A stretch of 64,000 nt of DNA from Diadema antillarum (taxonomy: Eukaryota): assembly GCF_040938485.1 (NCBI RefSeq), contig NW_027270902.1, positions 682,001 through 746,000 on the forward strand, read 5' to 3'. The position numbers were made by a program, and so were the translations under genes. Under the pieces are notes generated by a model. That model saw only the letters and a list, made by a program, of their open reading frames with translations, made no database searches and was not told the DNA's origin. Shown piece by piece: positions 60,719 to 64,000 of this stretch. Every line of letters starts with the position of its first letter. The stretch's first letter is position 1.

Positions 60719-63269
60719 TTAAAGATCACTTGCTCCAATGTTTTACAGGGTCAGCATATCTATTCCGCTAACAAGTAGAAAATAAAAGAGACAAAAAAAT
60801 TATAAAAGAAAAATAATCAAACCTAAAAAGTAAAAGCGGGTCAAATAGGGCCAAGCTAGTCAGAAGAGAAATAAAAAGAGTTTTTGAGTATTGATGCATG
60901 ATCAAGCCAGCTTGAGTCTAAATGAACATATTTGATAATCTTCCTAATCACTTGATCATTGTGAAGAAGTTTGCTCCCATGAGTAAGCTGAAGCAGAAAA
61001 TGGTGATGCATATACACCTTGGAAGAATGTATGACGTTTTTTCTTTTCAAACATGAACAAAAGAAAAGAAAAATATATTTTGAATTACAGATACAGAGTG
61101 GTTTAGTAAATTATACAGTATGGCAAATATAATCTATAATTCTTAATAGAGATGACATGACATCAAACATTGCCAAATTTCATTACATCTGGGAATATAA
61201 AATTATTGTAAGTTGCTGAATATTCCCAAGGTACTTATTCACAGTATGTTGGTGGCAGAAAAAAAAAGTGAAGATACAGCTGTAATTGATAGTGATGTAT
61301 CAGATTCATGTACACACAGCTAGGGTGTACATTGTATATGTTTGAGTGTGTCCTGTGGATATACATATGGGACGAGGAGAAGGTAACACCTGTAGGTTTT
61401 TATGTCTGGTAGCAGAATTATGTCCTCTGCCAAAGCATAGGTTTGCAGTTTCAAAAAATGAATAAATACAATGTAAATAAAAATCCCCCCCCCCCAAAAA
61501 AAAAAAAAAAAAAAAAAAACCAACAACATAGAACAGTACTCTGACCCCCAAAACAACAACTTTATGTTTGTGTGCATGTGTGTATAAAAAATGTACAATT
61601 ATATTTATGTGTTTGTATGTGCATGTGAATGGGCATAACAATTTTGATTGTGCCTGGTAACCACAGAATTATTAGAATTTGAAATACTCAGAGTAGTAAA
61701 AAAAACCCCAAAGTGGTACAAGATATTACCGCACTACCTACAAATATTGGAGGTAAATTAGTAATAGTATGTATTCTAACCGCTACCTTCAGTGTGTGTC
61801 TGAGTGTGTCCTAACCTACATCTCAAGCTTGCATAATAGAGTACTTTCATGGGTATAAAAGATGCAAGTAATGCTAAGGAAAGATTTATTCTGTTGAGAG
61901 CCTCTGGGGTACAGAGACCAACTTGCTGAATATAAAGTACATTAATCAGTAGGCTCATTCACACACACAGGAAAAGTGTGATTCGAATCACAAAATTGAA
62001 ATCACACTTTTTAGCTCTGTGGTTCACACATACGCAGGCGAGTTAAAAATCACGATGTAAATCGCCCAGGTTTATTAAGAAAAATCACGACTCAAATTGC
62101 ACTGGTTGAAGCCAGGCAAAAATTTGCATCATCGATGGGTCTGCGAGTTTGACCTGACTTTGATCCAGCTGTCCCATACACTTTGCATTGCAATGCAAGT
62201 AATTATTATATTGTTCAGAGAAAAACATTCAATATCATAAATGTTGCATTATGGGATACACCTTGCATTATGGGTAAAAAATTAGGGATTCACACAGCAT
62301 TCACATTTTGCAATGCAAGTGATGGATATTATTATTATTCAGATGTTAGATTTGCATTATAGGATACTACTTGCAATATGGGATATAAAAAAATGAGGGA
62401 TTTGCACAGCATTCACATTTTGCAATGCAAATTATTATTATATCAATATTCAGAAAAAATACATGACTATATCAGAAATTTTACCCTCGTAGTGGTGTTC
62501 AGATCATGATTCGAATCTCACTACTGGTGGTGACTACACTGTACTACAATTGTATGTCCACACACTTAAAAATGTTTTTTTTTTGCATCGCAATTCAAAT
62601 CATTATGATCTAAATAATCATGCCTTTATGTGGATGGTTGAATGGGCCTATTATATGACTGAACAAAGAGTGTAACCAGAGATGCATTAAAGTTATGTGT
62701 GCATGTGTGTTTGTCTGTGTTATGTAGAAAGATTCCACAAAGATCACAAAGTTCAAAACTTCAGTAGTTCACATGTTGTTTTCCATTTTCTGTCATACAG
62801 TGTGGTTTTGAAAGCAAAGTATGTAAAACATGTTATGCATGAATGCAATTGTACTTGAAAGTGCAATTACTTTTGAAATGGCCAAGATATCAAAGTGATC
62901 ATAAAAGGTGGAACCCACCTTTTATTAGGATCACTTTGTTTTACTTTGTTTTTGGATATCTCAGTCACATCAAAACCGATTTTCATCAAATAAAATATGA
63001 ATTCCTTATAGACTTGTTAGCTCTTTAACATCTTATTAAGTGGTTTCTAAGTATCTAGCAAAACAAAAAACTAAACAAAACAAAACAAGCTGAATCCTCA
63101 TCTCACCCAATATTACCATTCCTTTAAATAGTATTTTTTGACCACTAAAAGATAGTTTGAGCTGAAATTATACAGGTTGCAGTTCAGAGAACAAGATCAT
63201 CTCAGATTGGAATCTGATGGAATCAAGGAAGGGATGCACTGAATAGAAAAAAGCCACAGTGTAGCTTTA

Positions 63270-63683
63270 AAGGGGATGGCTAGTAACTGATCAGTGGGAA
63301 TCAGTGGGAATGCTGGGGAATTATTGTTCCAATCCTTGTGGGATTCATTTAAGAGTACATTATATATCTATTTTGTGTAAAAATTATTTCCTTCAGAATG
63401 GTCTCATATTCAAGTAATGTGCAGTCCAATGTTTCCAGGTTAGCATGCCTGTACAGTGACGGGGCGATTGTTAACAGCCCGTTAACAATCGCCCCGTCAC
63501 TGTACAGGCATGCTATTGACCTGGAAACATTAAACTGCACATTACTTGCATATGAGACCATTCTGAAGGAAATAATTTTCACACAAAATATAATGTACTC
63601 TTAAATGAATCCCACAAGGATTGGAACAATCATCCCCAAGCATTCCCACTGATTCTCACTGATCAGTTACTAGCCATCCTCTT
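63270..63683. mobile_element. About 410-bp near-perfect hairpin (foldback MITE)
   Basis: Arms of about 205 bp around a 5-nt loop AGCCC at 63476-63480. Confidence 0.9.
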
Positions 63684-63686
63684 GAA

Positions 63687-64000
63687 GGCCCCGTCACACT
63701 ACAGCGAATGCCCAACGAATGCAAAGCGAATGCCCAATGAATTCGAAAATGTAAAGACAGTTTGCATCCGTTGCTAATACTAGAATACTTCGTAAAATAT
63801 TTGTTGTTCTTTGTATTCATTAGCTATTCGTAGGGATTCGCAGAGATACGCTGGAGATTTTGGACATGTTTAAAAGAAAAATCGGCTGCAGCGTGTCTCT
63901 GCGAATCCCTACGAATAGCTAATGAATACAAAGAACGCCAAGCATGTTACGAACTATTCTAGTATTACCAACGGATGTGAACATATCTTCAAATTTTCAA
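63687..64000. mobile_element. Harbinger-like palindromic element, truncated by the window edge
   Basis: Starts GGCCCCGTCACACT. Internal inverted repeat, about 63760-63850 versus 63890-63980. Confidence 0.6.

Noticed and set aside
58975-64000. GCH1 exon 2
   Set aside because: No sequence encoding the expected VLNDAIFDEDHDEMV-type segment was found, so it is presumed to lie beyond the window.

Overview
Repeat-rich, intron-rich invertebrate animal DNA. The gene set and repeat types suggest an invertebrate deuterostome such as a sea urchin; this is an inference. Four conserved genes could be reconstructed exon by exon with canonical GT-AG junctions and consistent phases: PSMC2/RPT1 (minus, 11 exons, 433 aa, complete), RNF207 (plus, 12 coding exons, about 878 aa, complete), ICMT (minus, 4 exons, 290 aa, complete) and the first coding exon of GCH1 (plus, continues past the window). 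PSMC2/RNF207 and ICMT/GCH1 are head-to-head; RNF207/ICMT are tail-to-tail, as in human 1p36. Introns hold many non-autonomous DNA transposons (TA-, TTAA-, 3-bp- and 6-bp-TSD types), foldback palindromes, a decayed CR1/L2-group LINE, a piggyBac relic and SINE heads. There are two N gaps. The most interesting leads are an RNF207 C-terminal extension with an AKAP-like PKA-anchoring helix, two related foldback transposons bracketing the PSMC2/RNF207 promoter, a young 303-bp MITE family with 6-bp TSDs, a MITE carrying telomere-like repeats, and transposons abutting or bracketing RNF207 exons. No prokaryote-type system (CRISPR, operon) is present.
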